DNA of 64,000 nucleotides, from assembly GCF_006345805.1 (NCBI RefSeq), contig NC_043009.1, positions 1,178,001 to 1,242,000 on the forward strand, written 5' to 3'. This document shows positions 1 through 12,100 of this stretch, in pieces. A program made the translations under genes and the position numbers. Source of the DNA: Octopus sinensis (lineage: Eukaryota). Below the pieces are notes generated by a model. That model saw nothing but the letters and a program-made list of their open reading frames with translations, was not told the origin of the DNA and made no database searches. The stretch's first letter is position 1; every line of letters begins with the position of its first letter.

Positions 1-91
1 ACATAGACACTCTCACCACAAATCTAGGGACTAAGTCATAACAAACATTCAGTATTGAAGCTGTTGAATCCTAAAGAGAATGATAAATTAC

Positions 92-720
92 TTGGATCTT
101 TTCCTTTTGAATGGCAGATGTCAACACAATTTCTAGGTAACTAAACACTTTTAAAATTCGTATACTGGTAGAATGTGTTTATAAAACATCATTTTCCCTT
201 GGTTTTATTGAGAAAATTCTATAGTTTGTAAGATATTTCGTCTGAAAATCCGAGCATTTCAGCAATTTTAACCAATCGATTACCTCCATTCAACTAAAAT
301 CATTTGCTGCGTCTAAAACTGAAACATCCTGTAACTAGCCCTAAACCTCCCCACCAACCCTAATTTTTTTTTTCTTAATTGTTAAATTAATTTAATTCCA
401 TTGCTTTAGTTTTTTTTTACACACGTAACAAATTAACAATTAAGAAAAAAAAAATTTAGGGTTAGGGTTAGGGGGGAGGTTTAGGGTTAGTTACAGGATG
501 TTGTCTCAGTTTTAGACGTAGCAAATGATTTTAGCTCAAAGGAGAGCATAGGATTGGTTAAAATTCGAAAAATTAAACTACATTAAACAAACAAATTACA
601 ATTTTCTTAAGAAAGCCAAGAGAAAAAAATGTTTTATTTTGACACATTCTACCAGTATACGAAGTTTTAAAGTGTTTAGTTAACTAGAAATTGTCTGCCG
701 TTCAAAAGGAAAAGATCCAA
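92..720. mobile_element. Fold-back (MITE-like) element with about 300-bp inverted arms and internal TTAGGG/CCCTAA motifs
   Basis: ttggatcttttccttttgaatggcaga... mirrors ...tctgccgttcaaaaggaaaagatccaa; complementarity continues inward to about 390/430. Confidence 0.85.
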
Positions 721-1282
721 TTACCTTAATGTAAAATAAGGTCTCTGCACCCAAAACTAAACAAGGCACAGTTGCGTTAAGACCAATCCATTTGACTTTT
801 CTGATGGGAGTATTAAAAAGAATCTTTTGATGAAAATGTGACTATCAACTATGGAGAGGGAAGTAAGGATGATTTCTGGAGAATTAAGTAGATGAGAGGC
901 AAATATTTTTCTGCATAGTGGATCGGTTGGTGTATTTTTGGTTAACACAGCCAGAAAATCCTTGTATTTCTCTTCTGCTAAGGTTAATACAATTAAATGC
1001 TCTGCTTAATCATAACTAAAATAGCCATAATAAAACAAATTCACAACCAGTGGAATGGTGGTGCAACATTTTACCCACTTAAGTCACTTCACAATTTTTG
1101 CAGTAAAATCATGTTTGATATAATATATTGTTTGGAGGATAAATTACTGACAGGCATCAGTTGCATAAAAAAAAGAAAAGAATAATTCCCTGTGGGACGC
1201 ATCGAAAAGTTAACCGGAGAGAATTATGCAGTGAAGAATAAACACTATTGGTCTTTTCTATTGCACATCCAGTCCCTTTTCT

Positions 1283-1515
1283 AATAATAATAAACATTGT
1301 GTACAGTGCTCAGGTGCACTACAACTCATCTAAAGTGTATATATAATCAGGTGTAGTTTCGGCAGATTTCAGAAAGCATGAGGGCCTTAAAGGATGCAGT
1401 GTCATGGCAGTCAACAACTGACGCAGGCAGTTTATTCCATGCTTCAGCAACTCAGAGCGTGAAAAAATGTTTCCGAAAGTCATGGGAGCTGTGTTGTTTT
1501 CTGACTTTGTAGGCA
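1283..1515 (-). mobile_element. CR1-type LINE 3' fragment
   Basis: Minus strand translates RKHFFTL*VAEAWNKLPASVVDCHDTASFK (CR1 ORF2 C-terminal motif with an in-frame stop), followed by a (TTA)n tail. Confidence 0.75.
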
Positions 1516-2384
1516 TGTCCAGATTACCTAAGATCAGCAATTTTTTTTTAAAATGGAGAGAGGAACGTTGACGGATTAAATCCTACATGTAAAGTATCTC
1601 CTCAAACTTACCAGCATCATACCATTGATTGGTAAAATATAGTAAATCAGACTTGCTTCCTAACAACTGATCAGTTGGTTTTGATAAGCATTTTTTTAGG
1701 AATGATGCCAAATAACAATTTGAACAAGGTAAGCTGATGAAGATTTATTACATCATCTCAGTTTTCCACACGTTTCTTTTCTCATCTTGAGACACATTTC
1801 ATATAAATAATCTAATTTAATACTGACTTTTATGTCACTGAAATTATTTTAACAATATTCAATCAAAAGAACATTATTGTTTACTCTACAGTCATGGCCT
1901 TACTAACCATCATCCTAAAACCAACCAACCAACCATGAAGCCCTACCCTCTCCCCACCATGTTTTTTTTTACTGTACTATGACATCTGTTCAAAATTAAC
2001 AGATATATATGTTTGCTTCATCATCTCAAAGTGGTTCTCCATTGCAGATTCCAACTAAAACAATTTACGAAAACAGGTTCCCTTTAAAATATTATACTTC
2101 CCTACTCTTCCCCCAATCCCTCCAACAAACAATACTACTCTCAACCAACTAGTTGTACTCATCAGTAAAGAAAGACCCAACCACCTCCACCAACCAAAGG
2201 CTACACACACTAACCTGGCTCAAACTAAAATTCATATTCCATTTTAGCTGGTATTTTCTTTAATTTCCCTTATACACTATGTCAACTGCCTTGTAGTGAA
2301 CAAGAGTGCTGATACTTTATGAAGAACTGTAAAACAGTTTTATGATACCAAAGCAAGCCAAAGAATACAAGAAATTTATACAGG

Positions 2385-2691
2385 CATCTAAGTATCATAC
2401 TTAATGTATATACACTATTTATAGGCCAGTTATTGTGGTATTCCCAAAAAGACAACATTCCTTGTGGGTCATGCTGTGTTAAAAACACTATAATAATCTG
2501 GTATATGCAATTCAAGCAACATTAAATTAAAATAGCTATCTAGGTATCATAATGTAGATACATTGTTGACAGGCCAATTACAGCATGTCCATAAGAGATG
2601 GTATCTCAAGATGAATACTGCAGTAACTGGCCTATCAATGGTGTATATCAATTAAGTATGGTACATAGATGACTATTTTAATTTAATATTG
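2385..2691. repeat. Nested inverted-repeat region
   Basis: 2385-2442 is the near reverse complement of 2612-2671; 2517-2551 pairs with 2657-2691. Confidence 0.7.
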
Positions 2692-4469
2692 CCTCAATAA
2701 CAAATACTGGAGATATATGTGTGTCTAGAATTTGTGAACTGAAGATAGTCAGTGATTATAACAGTTGGGGAATTGTGTAAATTAAGAGGGGTGGGCACAA
2801 TAAAAGTTAATAGTTTATTCAATGTCTACTACTTACGTTTTTGTATTAGTAAAATGATTTTAAAAAAAAAAGTAGAAAGTGGGTGTGTGTTGAGGGAGAA
2901 GCCATGGTTAAGGTCTTAGTGTTTTGGTTTCCATTTCCAGACCGAAACCAAAGCACTTGGGAAAAGGGTGTCTATTTCATAAGTTCCAATCATCTCACAG
3001 GTAAACTGGGCTCTTAACAACTTATGGAAGAGAAATCACCATTGTTATTATACTAAGGGTGTTTTTGGAAAGGAATAGCATGAATGCTACAATTTATATA
3101 TCTCAAGGAAAAGGGGAAGATTTTTCTTGTTTTCCCCACCTTGTCAATAAAAAAGAAAAAAAAAAGAAATGGCTAATCTGTAATGGAAGAGCCACATCTA
3201 AATGGAAGGTGACTTCAGTATAACTCAAAACACACCCGAAAATTAATCTTCAAAATTTAAATTAACAATATTTAATTTTAGCACTATATATGTATTAGCA
3301 TTATTTTTATATTCTTATATAAATACTATGTTATTTTAAAACCTATTGTTATACAAATATTGTTATTATATGCATATTGTTATAAAAATATTATAATGGA
3401 GTGTTATAAAATATCAGGTGTTAGAAAAAAAAAAAATAAAAAGTAAATTTTTCTCCCTGATAAAAACAAAAATATAATATTCCGTGCAAAATGAAATAAT
3501 TTGTTACAATGAATGTATTAGCTTAAAACAACATGGTCTGAACAGTGAATTTACAAGAGAAAAAAAAAAACAAGAAAAAACAACAACAACAAAAGAAAAA
3601 CGTTTTTTTAAGGATTTGTATCATTAAAAAAGTTCTATTAACAAAATATCAAATCTTTCAAACTTAGAAATACAACACAAATAATTTCTGAAATATTTCA
3701 AAACAAAATCCATTCTAGCCAAACATCAAATATAAGAATTAAGGCATGGATATTCTTTAAGTTTGCTCAAACCAGCAAATGCAGAGAATGTGCCTAGCAA
3801 TGCAGATTTCACATGCAGGAATAGATATAGCACATTATTTGGGAAATGTCACAGGATATGCATTCTGTGCAGAAATATTTTAGTATGACAGCCCCACTTT
3901 CATCTTTCTAAAGAGTTCTATATAGTTCCTTGAATCTAGTTCTGTCCCCTCTATGTTACCTAGCTCATAAACCTGTACCATTACATAAACATTTGGTTTA
4001 ATCCCTCCTGGGGTTTCCTTCTAAGGACTAGCCTATAAGAGTTCAGATTGAACCATAAGAGCATCAACGCACCCCAAGTATCTCTAGGCACTAGGGTAGG
4101 TTTAGAAAAAAGCAAAAACAAAACTGTCCCCTAAGTCTCAAGGGGTTCTTAATGATCATTATTTAGATATAGCTTCATGAAAGCAAAAAAAAGAAAAAAA
4201 AAAAAAAAGAAAAGAAAACTAAATCAGCCCCTTGGATGGGGGTGTTGGCTCATATCTCAGATTAACATTACCAAATGATCTGAGAACAAAGTATTCCGTT
4301 TAGAAAGCTGAAACATCTGGAGCAGATCTGAATTCATGACCCAAGACCGAGTAATCCAGGACCTTAGATCCAGTGGGTTATTCAAATTTTAAAGGGCTTA
4401 ATCATTATACTTCCATCCTTAGACATACTGCATATGTGTGTGTGTGTGTGTGTGTGTGTATACAGATCT

Positions 4470-4830
4470 ATTATCATCATTATTTAACATCTGCTTTCCA
4501 TGCTGGCATGGGTTGGACGGTTTCACTGGAACCAATAAGTCACAAAACTGCACCAGGTTCTAGTTCGATTTGGTATTGTTTCTACTATGGCTGGGTACCC
4601 TTCCTAATGCCAACCACTCTGAGAGGGTAGCAAGTACTGTTTATGTGCCATCAGCATGGGTGCTATTTACATGACACTGGCAAAGGCCATGGCTACTATT
4701 TCATTTGGCTTGACAAGTCTTCAAAAGCACAACATATCACCAAAGGTCTCGGTCACTTGTCACTGCCTCTGTGAGGCCTAATATTCAAAGATCATGCTAC
4801 TGGCAACAGCCACGACTACGATTTCACTTG
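4470..4830. mobile_element. Dispersed retro-element end with (CAT)n/(GAT)n tail; related pieces near 19697, 42945, 45543, 46520, 48975, 55965, 57340
   Basis: Shared tttccatgctggcatgggttggacggttt...ctggatgcccttcctaa..ccaacc core. Confidence 0.7.
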
Positions 4831-4975
4831 GCTTCTAATATGAAACTAGCTATTCAATCCCAGTTACATGAACCATAAAGAAATTTAATTAACGAATGAA
4901 AATATATCACAAATCATTGAAAAAATAAAACTGTTTGTTAGATCATAGACTTGATAAGCACTTGAGAAACTTTGC

Positions 4976-4977
<2 letters not shown>

Positions 4978-5010
<33 letters not shown>

Positions 5011-5720
5011 CTTTTCTGTTATAGGCACAAGGCCTGAAATTTGGGGGGAAGGGGCTTGTTGATTATATCAACTTTAGAGCTTTACTGAATTTATTTTCTT
5101 GACCCAGGAAGGGTGAAAGTTAAAGCTGATTTCAGTGGAATTTAAAAATAGAACGTAAAGACGGACAAAATGCTGCCAAGCTTTTTGTCCAGTATGCTAA
5201 TGATTCAGCCTGTTCACCACCTGAATAACAATAATAATAATAATAATAATTCTTTCTAATTTTGACACAAGGAAAGCAGTTTTGAGGGTAGGGGGCTAGT
5301 GAATTATACTGACTCCGATACTTTATTTTATTATTTTTGAAAGAATGAAAAGTAAAGCTGGCCTTAGTAGGATTTGAACTCACAACATAAAGGGCCAGCT
5401 CACTGTTTTTAATAGTTCAAAATTTTGCTAGAAGACCAGCAATTTCAGTGGGAAGGGTTATTTGATAACACTGACCCTAGTACTTGACTGGTACTTGATT
5501 TTATCAACCCCCACTAAATGATGAAAGATAAAATTTGCCTTGGTGGTATTTGAACTCAGAACGCCAAGTGCTGGAAGAAATAATGCGAGGCATTGTTCTG
5601 ACACTCTAATGACTTTGCCAATCTATCAACCTAAAGCTAATAATAATTGTTTCTGACATAGGCACAAGACCTAAAATTTGAAGGGAAGGGGGTTAGCCAA
5701 TCATATCAACTCCAGGGAGC
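4978..5720 (-). mobile_element. Head-to-tail chain of SINE family A copies joined by (AAT)n
   Basis: Repeated ggcacaaggcctgaaattt...tttgaactcagaac modules separated by aataataat. Confidence 0.8.
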
Positions 5721-5746
5721 TGAACAGAGTGTGTTAAGTGACTTAA

Positions 5747-5967
5747 CCCTTTTGATACCAGCCCGGCTGAAACTGGTTCTGACTCTATAGTACAAATGTC
5801 TTATTTTCATAAGTCCTGAATTAAAATCTTCCACCAAACCTTAGTCACAATTTAAGTTCCTAACACTAGCTTAATGATAACTAAGTTATTTTATTAAATT
5901 CTTTTTTATATTTAAAATAATTGAAAGAAACACAGAGCAGCTCAAAATAAATACGGTAGTGAAAGGG
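5747..5967. mobile_element. piggyBac-type MITE
   Basis: TTAA|CCCTTT...AAAGGG|TTAA; a related copy at 33235-33441 in opposite orientation. Confidence 0.8.
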
Positions 5968-6247
5968 TTAACTGAATACCACAAAATATTTTGCCTTTTG
6001 ATCAATACTCCCAACCCACCACAAACACCTTTGTCAATAGTACTGATACTATTACTTATTGGCTGACAACCCCGTCATATTTTGTGAGGAAGGGGCTAGG
6101 CATTTGGATTGAAGCATTCTGAATTAAGCCAAATATTATGGGCAAGTAACAAAGACAAAATAAACTGAAGACCAAAACATTTTCAAAAAGAAAATAGATG
6201 CAAAGATCATATTTGAGTGTGTGAGTGTTGAGTGGATAGCAACCTAC

Positions 6248-9166
6248 CTTATCTGGTTGTGAAACTGGTAAGAAGGACATTTTGTTGTCAATCCAATTCT
6301 CTTGTCTCGTAGTGCCTGCTTCACCAACACCGGGTACAACACAAATCCTGCTGCCTTCAGGACCATATCCACTAACACCTGGAGCATAGCCACCAGGAAT
6401 TTGTACACTGGCGCCAGGACCAAAGGTCCTGCCTTCAGAAGCAATTCTGTTGTCAGTTGCATACAGTCTGCTGTCGGGCCTGTGTATTTTACCGTTTGGA
6501 CCATAGAATCTACCGTCAGGACCAAAGTATGCACTGTCAGGACTATATAGTTCACCATCGGGACCATACACCCTGCCATCTGGACTGTATACATGTCCGT
6601 CTGGGCCATAACCTTTACCATCTGGACCATACAATCCACCGTCGGGGCCATACACTTTGCCCTCTGGACCATATATAGAGCCACCAGGGCCATGACCTTT
6701 GCCATCAGGGGAATAAAATCTTTCGTCAGGACTATACAAGGTGCCATTGGGACCATACATTTTGCCATCAGGACTGTACAGTCGATTATCAGGACCAAAT
6801 ATCTTGCCATCAGGACCGAATAGTCTGCCGTCAGGACCATAAACTAGAGCATCAGCGTTGTATGGCTTACCATTAGGACCATACACCCTACCATCTGGAG
6901 TATAAACACTGTTGTGGGGACCATACCCTTTGCCATCAGGACCATGCAATTTACCGCCAGGGCCATACACCTGACCTCCTGGACCATACACTTTGCCGTC
7001 GGGACCATAATTTCTTCCACTTGGACAACACACAACACCATCAGGGCCATAACCTTTGCTAGGAGAGGAATAAAATCTTTTGTCTGGACTGTACAGTTTA
7101 CCATTGGGTCCCACCATTTTGCCATCAGGAGTGAACTCCCTACCACCAGGACCAAATACTTTGCCATCTGGACCATAGAATCTACCATCAGGACCATAGT
7201 ATCTACTGTCAGGACTGTATAATTCTTTGTCAGGACCATAAACCCTGCCATCTGGACCATAGACATGTCCTTTGGGACCATATCCCTTGCCGTCAGGGCC
7301 ATGTGGTTTGCCATCAGGACCATATATTCTACCATCAGGAGCAAATATTTTGCCATCAGGGCCATGACCTTTGCCATCAGGAGCATAAAATCGTTTGTCT
7401 GGTTCGTACAGTTGTCCATTTGGACCATACAATCTGCCGTCAGGACTGTACGCTTCACCATTTGGACCATAGCCTTTGCCATGAGGCTCTGGAAGTCCAA
7501 AACCTTTCCCTTCTGGAGCTTTGTATCCTTTTCCTTCTGGAAGCCCACACACTCTGCCATCAGGAGAGTACAGTCGATTATCAGGGCCACATATCTGGCC
7601 ATTGGGACCAAATAGTCTGCCATCAGGGCTGAAAACTTGACTATCTTGACTGTATGGCTTACCATTAGGACCATACACCCTACCATCTGGGGTATAAACA
7701 CTGTTGTTGGGGCCATAACCTTTGCCATCACGGCCATGCAGTTTACCGTCAGGGCCATACGTCAAGCCATCTGGGCCATATACCTTGCCGTCAGGACCAT
7801 AATTTCTACCACTTGGACAACACACGACACCATCGGGACCATACCCTTTGCCGTCAGGGTGATAAAATCTTTTGTCTGGACTGTATAGCCTATCATTGGG
7901 TCCCACCAGCTTGCCATCAGGTGTGAACAGTCTGCCTCCAGGACCAAATACTTTGCCATCTGGACCATAAAATCTACCATCAGGACCATAGTATCTACTG
8001 TCAGGAGTGTATAATTCTCCGTCAGGACCATAAACCCTGCCGTCTGGACCATAGACATGTCCTTTGGGGCCATATCCTTTGCCATCAGGGCCATATGATT
8101 TGCCATCAGGACCATACATTCTACCATCAGGAGCATATATTTTGCCACCAGGGCCATAACCTTTGCCATCAGGAGCATAAAATCGTTTGTCTGGTTCGTA
8201 CAGTTGTCCATTTGGACCATACAATCTGCCGTCAGGACTGTACGCTTCACCATTCGGACCATAGCCTTTGCCTTGGGGAGGTTCTGGAAGGCCATACCCA
8301 TTTCCTTCGGGAAGTGCAAAACCTTCTGTTCCTGGAGTCCCACATACACCACCATCTGGATTGTACAGTTTATCATCAGGACCATATATCTTGCCGTCGG
8401 GACCAAATAGTCTGCCGTCAGGACTAAAAACTTGAGCATCAGGACTGTATGGTTTACCATTGGGACCATACACTCTACCATCCGGGCTATAAACACTGTT
8501 GTGGGGACCATACCCTTTACCATCACGGCCATGCAATTTACCGTCAGGGCCATACACCTGGCTATTTGGACTACACACCTTGCCGTCAGGACCATAGTTT
8601 CTGCTGTCTGGACACCATACAGTGCCTTCAGGGCCATGCCCTTTGCCACCAGAGTCATAAAATCTAGTGTCTGGACTGTATAATCCACCATTGGGTCCCA
8701 CCACTTTGCCATCAGGAGTGAACTCCCTACCACCAGGACCGAATACTTTCCCGTCTGGACCATAGAATCTACCATCAGGACCATAGTATCTACTGTCAGG
8801 ACTGTATAATTCTCCGTCGGGACCATAAACCCTGCCGTCTGGACCGTACACCTGTCCTCTGGGACCATATCCCTTGCCGTCAGGGCCATGTGGTTTGTTA
8901 TCAGGACCATATATTCTACCATCAGGAGCAAATATTTTGCGACCAGGGCCATAACCTTTGCCATCAGGAGCATAAAATCTTCTGTCTGGTTCGTACAGTT
9001 GTCCATTTGGACCAAACAATCTGCCGTCAGGACTGTATGCCACACCATTCGGACCATAACCTTTATCGAGAGGAGCTTCTGGAAGGCCGTAACCTTTTCC
9101 TTCTGGACACTTGCATGCATCGGTCAAGGGCACAGCACTGGGATAGAGTTCTCCATTGACACTAGG
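6248..9166 (-). CDS. EPB41: Giant 2919-nt exon (973 aa) of xYGPDGx / xYSPDGx heptad repeats
   Basis: TCTTCTTTTCTAG acceptor, AAG|GTAGGT donor, phase 0 to 0; covers most of ORF 6056..9133 with no stops. Confidence 0.85.
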
Positions 9167-12100
9167 CTAGAAAAGAAGATACAAAATATACAATTGTAGT
9201 ATAATTTGTAAAATGAATTACAAAATACTTTTTTATAAATTCAGTTTAAAACAAATGGTGAAGAAGGAAAACGAGAGAGCAAAAGAGTAAATGCAGAATA
9301 CGTATTCAGTGAACCAGAAACATCAGTGTCAACTATCAGATGAATTCATAAAAGAATACCTCCTTTTACTGGTTCTAATCAATATCAGAAAAGTGTATAA
9401 AAAAAAAAAAGATAAGGAAGACAAAGTGATTGACTGACGACCAATGTTAACAACAAAGACACAATAATATATACAGAACAAATTCAACATCGGTACAGAA
9501 ACGGTACAAGATTTAAACGCTGCATAAATATGGAAATAAATACATTGGGAATTTCAAATGTTCTTTTTTTTTATTAATGTATTTACATTTGTTAATGTTA
9601 ATTAATTACACACACATAATGTAATTTTATGTGTGTGTGTGTGTGTGTGTGATAATTCTGGTATGGCTTTATCTGGCTGAGTGCATTACATTGTATTACC
9701 AGCACCAGAGTGATTGTCTACTATGGCTAAAGTATCCCTCTGCACTGTGTCAGCTTATATTTAGACTTACTGTTTTTCCAGCTGGATGCCTCACCACAAC
9801 ACTACTTGAGGGTAAGGTGTTCGCAGTGCAGAAATGTGAGGAAAGATGTGTGCTGAGGGATTTGTTTCTGGTTGGATGCTTTTAGATACAAATTTCTTTC
9901 TGGTTGGATGCTTTTAGATACAAATTTCTTTCTGGTTGGATGCTTTTAGATACAAATTTCTTTCTGGTTGGATGCTTTTAGATACAAATTTTTCAAAATA
10001 TCTTGAAGCAGATGGTGATTTGGGAGCCTGAATTAATATTCAGGATGAAACTCTTGTTTGGCCAGTATTTTAATTGTATCTATTTATAAATATAATTAAT
10101 TACATTACCATATGGTTTTTGAGCCAAACGCTATATCTTTGGGTACCTTTAATATTTTTACCCAAACATAATTCTCTATAATCTAGTATTTAAAAATCAA
10201 ACATTTGGTAACAGAAACACTAAACCTGAAAAGAGAAAGTGTTGTTAGATGTGAAAGAAGAATTGTCTGTTTCAGAAAATGATTGCTTCAAAAAGAAAAG
10301 AAAAAAGAAATACCCCCCCCCTCTCAATAAGCAAGAAAACATCGTTATCAGATTGGTACCATTTGATCTTGAGAAAATAACTCAAAAGGTATTGGTTGAT
10401 GTGAAGCACTGGTACAAGGTGCAACATGGTTGCACATCAAACCTAATCACACAGCCGTGCCTGCAGCTATATCCTGACACCTTTTTTTTCAGACACTGTA
10501 TCCTCGACTACATTATGATCCCATGCACCTTTTCTTTCTTTTTCTTTTCAAAGATGACAGAATGTGATTTAAGAAACTCAGCCACAATTTCCAGCACAAC
10601 AAGAGACCTAAAAGCTCCCCGTTATAGCAGTAGAAAGTGTTCTACGCATGAAACAAAAATATGCAATAATTACACATGGGGCCCTTCAGAATCATATTAG
10701 TGACCCTAATTTTAAAATAGAGGTTAAAATGAAAAATTCAGTATGTAAGAGAAACAACATTAGAAAAAACTTGAAAATGCTGGATTTTATTTATTTTAAA
10801 GTTCTTTATCTAGTGATCTGTTTTCACAATTTGATGCAATTCAAGTGCCATAGAGTCAATAGACATCTATGTAGTATAGCTAAAACATGAATAATGTTAT
10901 ATATATATATATATAAAGATCCTATTTGTAAATGTTTTTTTTGAGACAAACATTTTCAGATCAGTTGTGTTTGTGTGTACATGAAGATTATATATAAAGA
11001 CACAATGTAATGTTTTCTAATATTCTTTCATTTCTTCCAAACATGAGGGTGTATCAGTGACTAAGATGTGATGACAAATGGAGCATGCACGAAACATAAT
11101 GCTAACATGAAGCTACAATGACATTTCATACATTTTATGTTATGTGCAGTTGCTAAAAATCATTTTACACAGAAAGACAACAAGTAAAGCACATGAAAAT
11201 ACAATAAATAAATGATTAACAAAATAAAACAAAAAAAGGATGTTGGTTAAAACAGAAATGACACCAAAAGCTCAAGGGATGACCATGCCTTAAATATATG
11301 GAGGTTTGAGGGGTAATGGGATTGAAAGTGTATATGCATTCAGATTGGTGACTATTGAGGGAGAGAGAGAGAGAGAGAGAGAAAGTAGAGAAGAGATTGG
11401 AGCATAGTGATGAGTGATGAGTGATGGTTGAATATGTGGAACATTGCACAATGGTAAAAGTTGGTAAAATAACTTCCACATTGGAAAGGAATGCCAGCAG
11501 GCGTTTATAAACATTAGCTAAACAACAATGTAAGTGACATGGTGATGTTAATGACACCGACAGTAACAAGAACAATGGGTTAAGACGCAAAAGAGAGGAG
11601 GAGGAGGAGGAATGTTCTAGAACAGACACCTGACAACACTGGGGGAAGGTAGAAACACAGCACAAAAAAAGAAACAAGGGTTGATACATATGAGGTGTGG
11701 AGAGAAGCAGGTGAGAAAAGGACAGGGTATTAGGGGGGGGATGACACCACAAACAAGCAGGGTAAGCAAGAGGACGACAACGACGACGACGACGGGGTGA
11801 ATGGAGAAAGAAAAAAAAAGAATTCTTATTAGATATCTAAGAAGATTACATGAATGATAATTTGTAAAGGGACTGAGCAAAGTACTTTGTAGAAATTGGA
11901 AAACAGGGATTAGGAAACTAACTATACATGCCGAGATTCTATTTCTGAAGATGGTTATGAAACGTAGTAAGCAGATGAAGATGAAAAATGGGGCTCTAGC
12001 TAGAAATAAGGACACCCATGCACAGAGCTGTCAACATTTTTTTAAGTATTCAATTTAAAGACTGATTTATATTGGAGAACATGGAGGTAAATCCAAGCAA

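Noticed and set aside
455-492. TTAGGG repeats as an interstitial telomere
   Set aside because: Only 2-3 units, and they are part of the fold-back element's arms
757-980. ORF 757..948 as a downstream 4.1 exon or C-terminal domain
   Set aside because: No resemblance to the 4.1 CTD and no phase-0 compatible open exon
6056-9133. ORF 6056..9133 as a standalone 1025-aa gene
   Set aside because: It starts at GTG just inside a splice acceptor, and its last 63 codons follow a strong AAG|GTAGGT donor and read like intron; better explained as an internal exon
6302-9199. Plus-strand ORFs over the repeat exon
   Set aside because: Antisense shadows of the repetitive coding sequence
9865-9991. 32-bp repeats as a CRISPR array
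   Set aside because: No spacers, no cas genes, eukaryotic intron
11216-12015. Long hydrophobic minus-strand ORFs including [12 protein letters not shown]
   Set aside because: Low-complexity pyrimidine-rich and microsatellite sequence with no convincing donor
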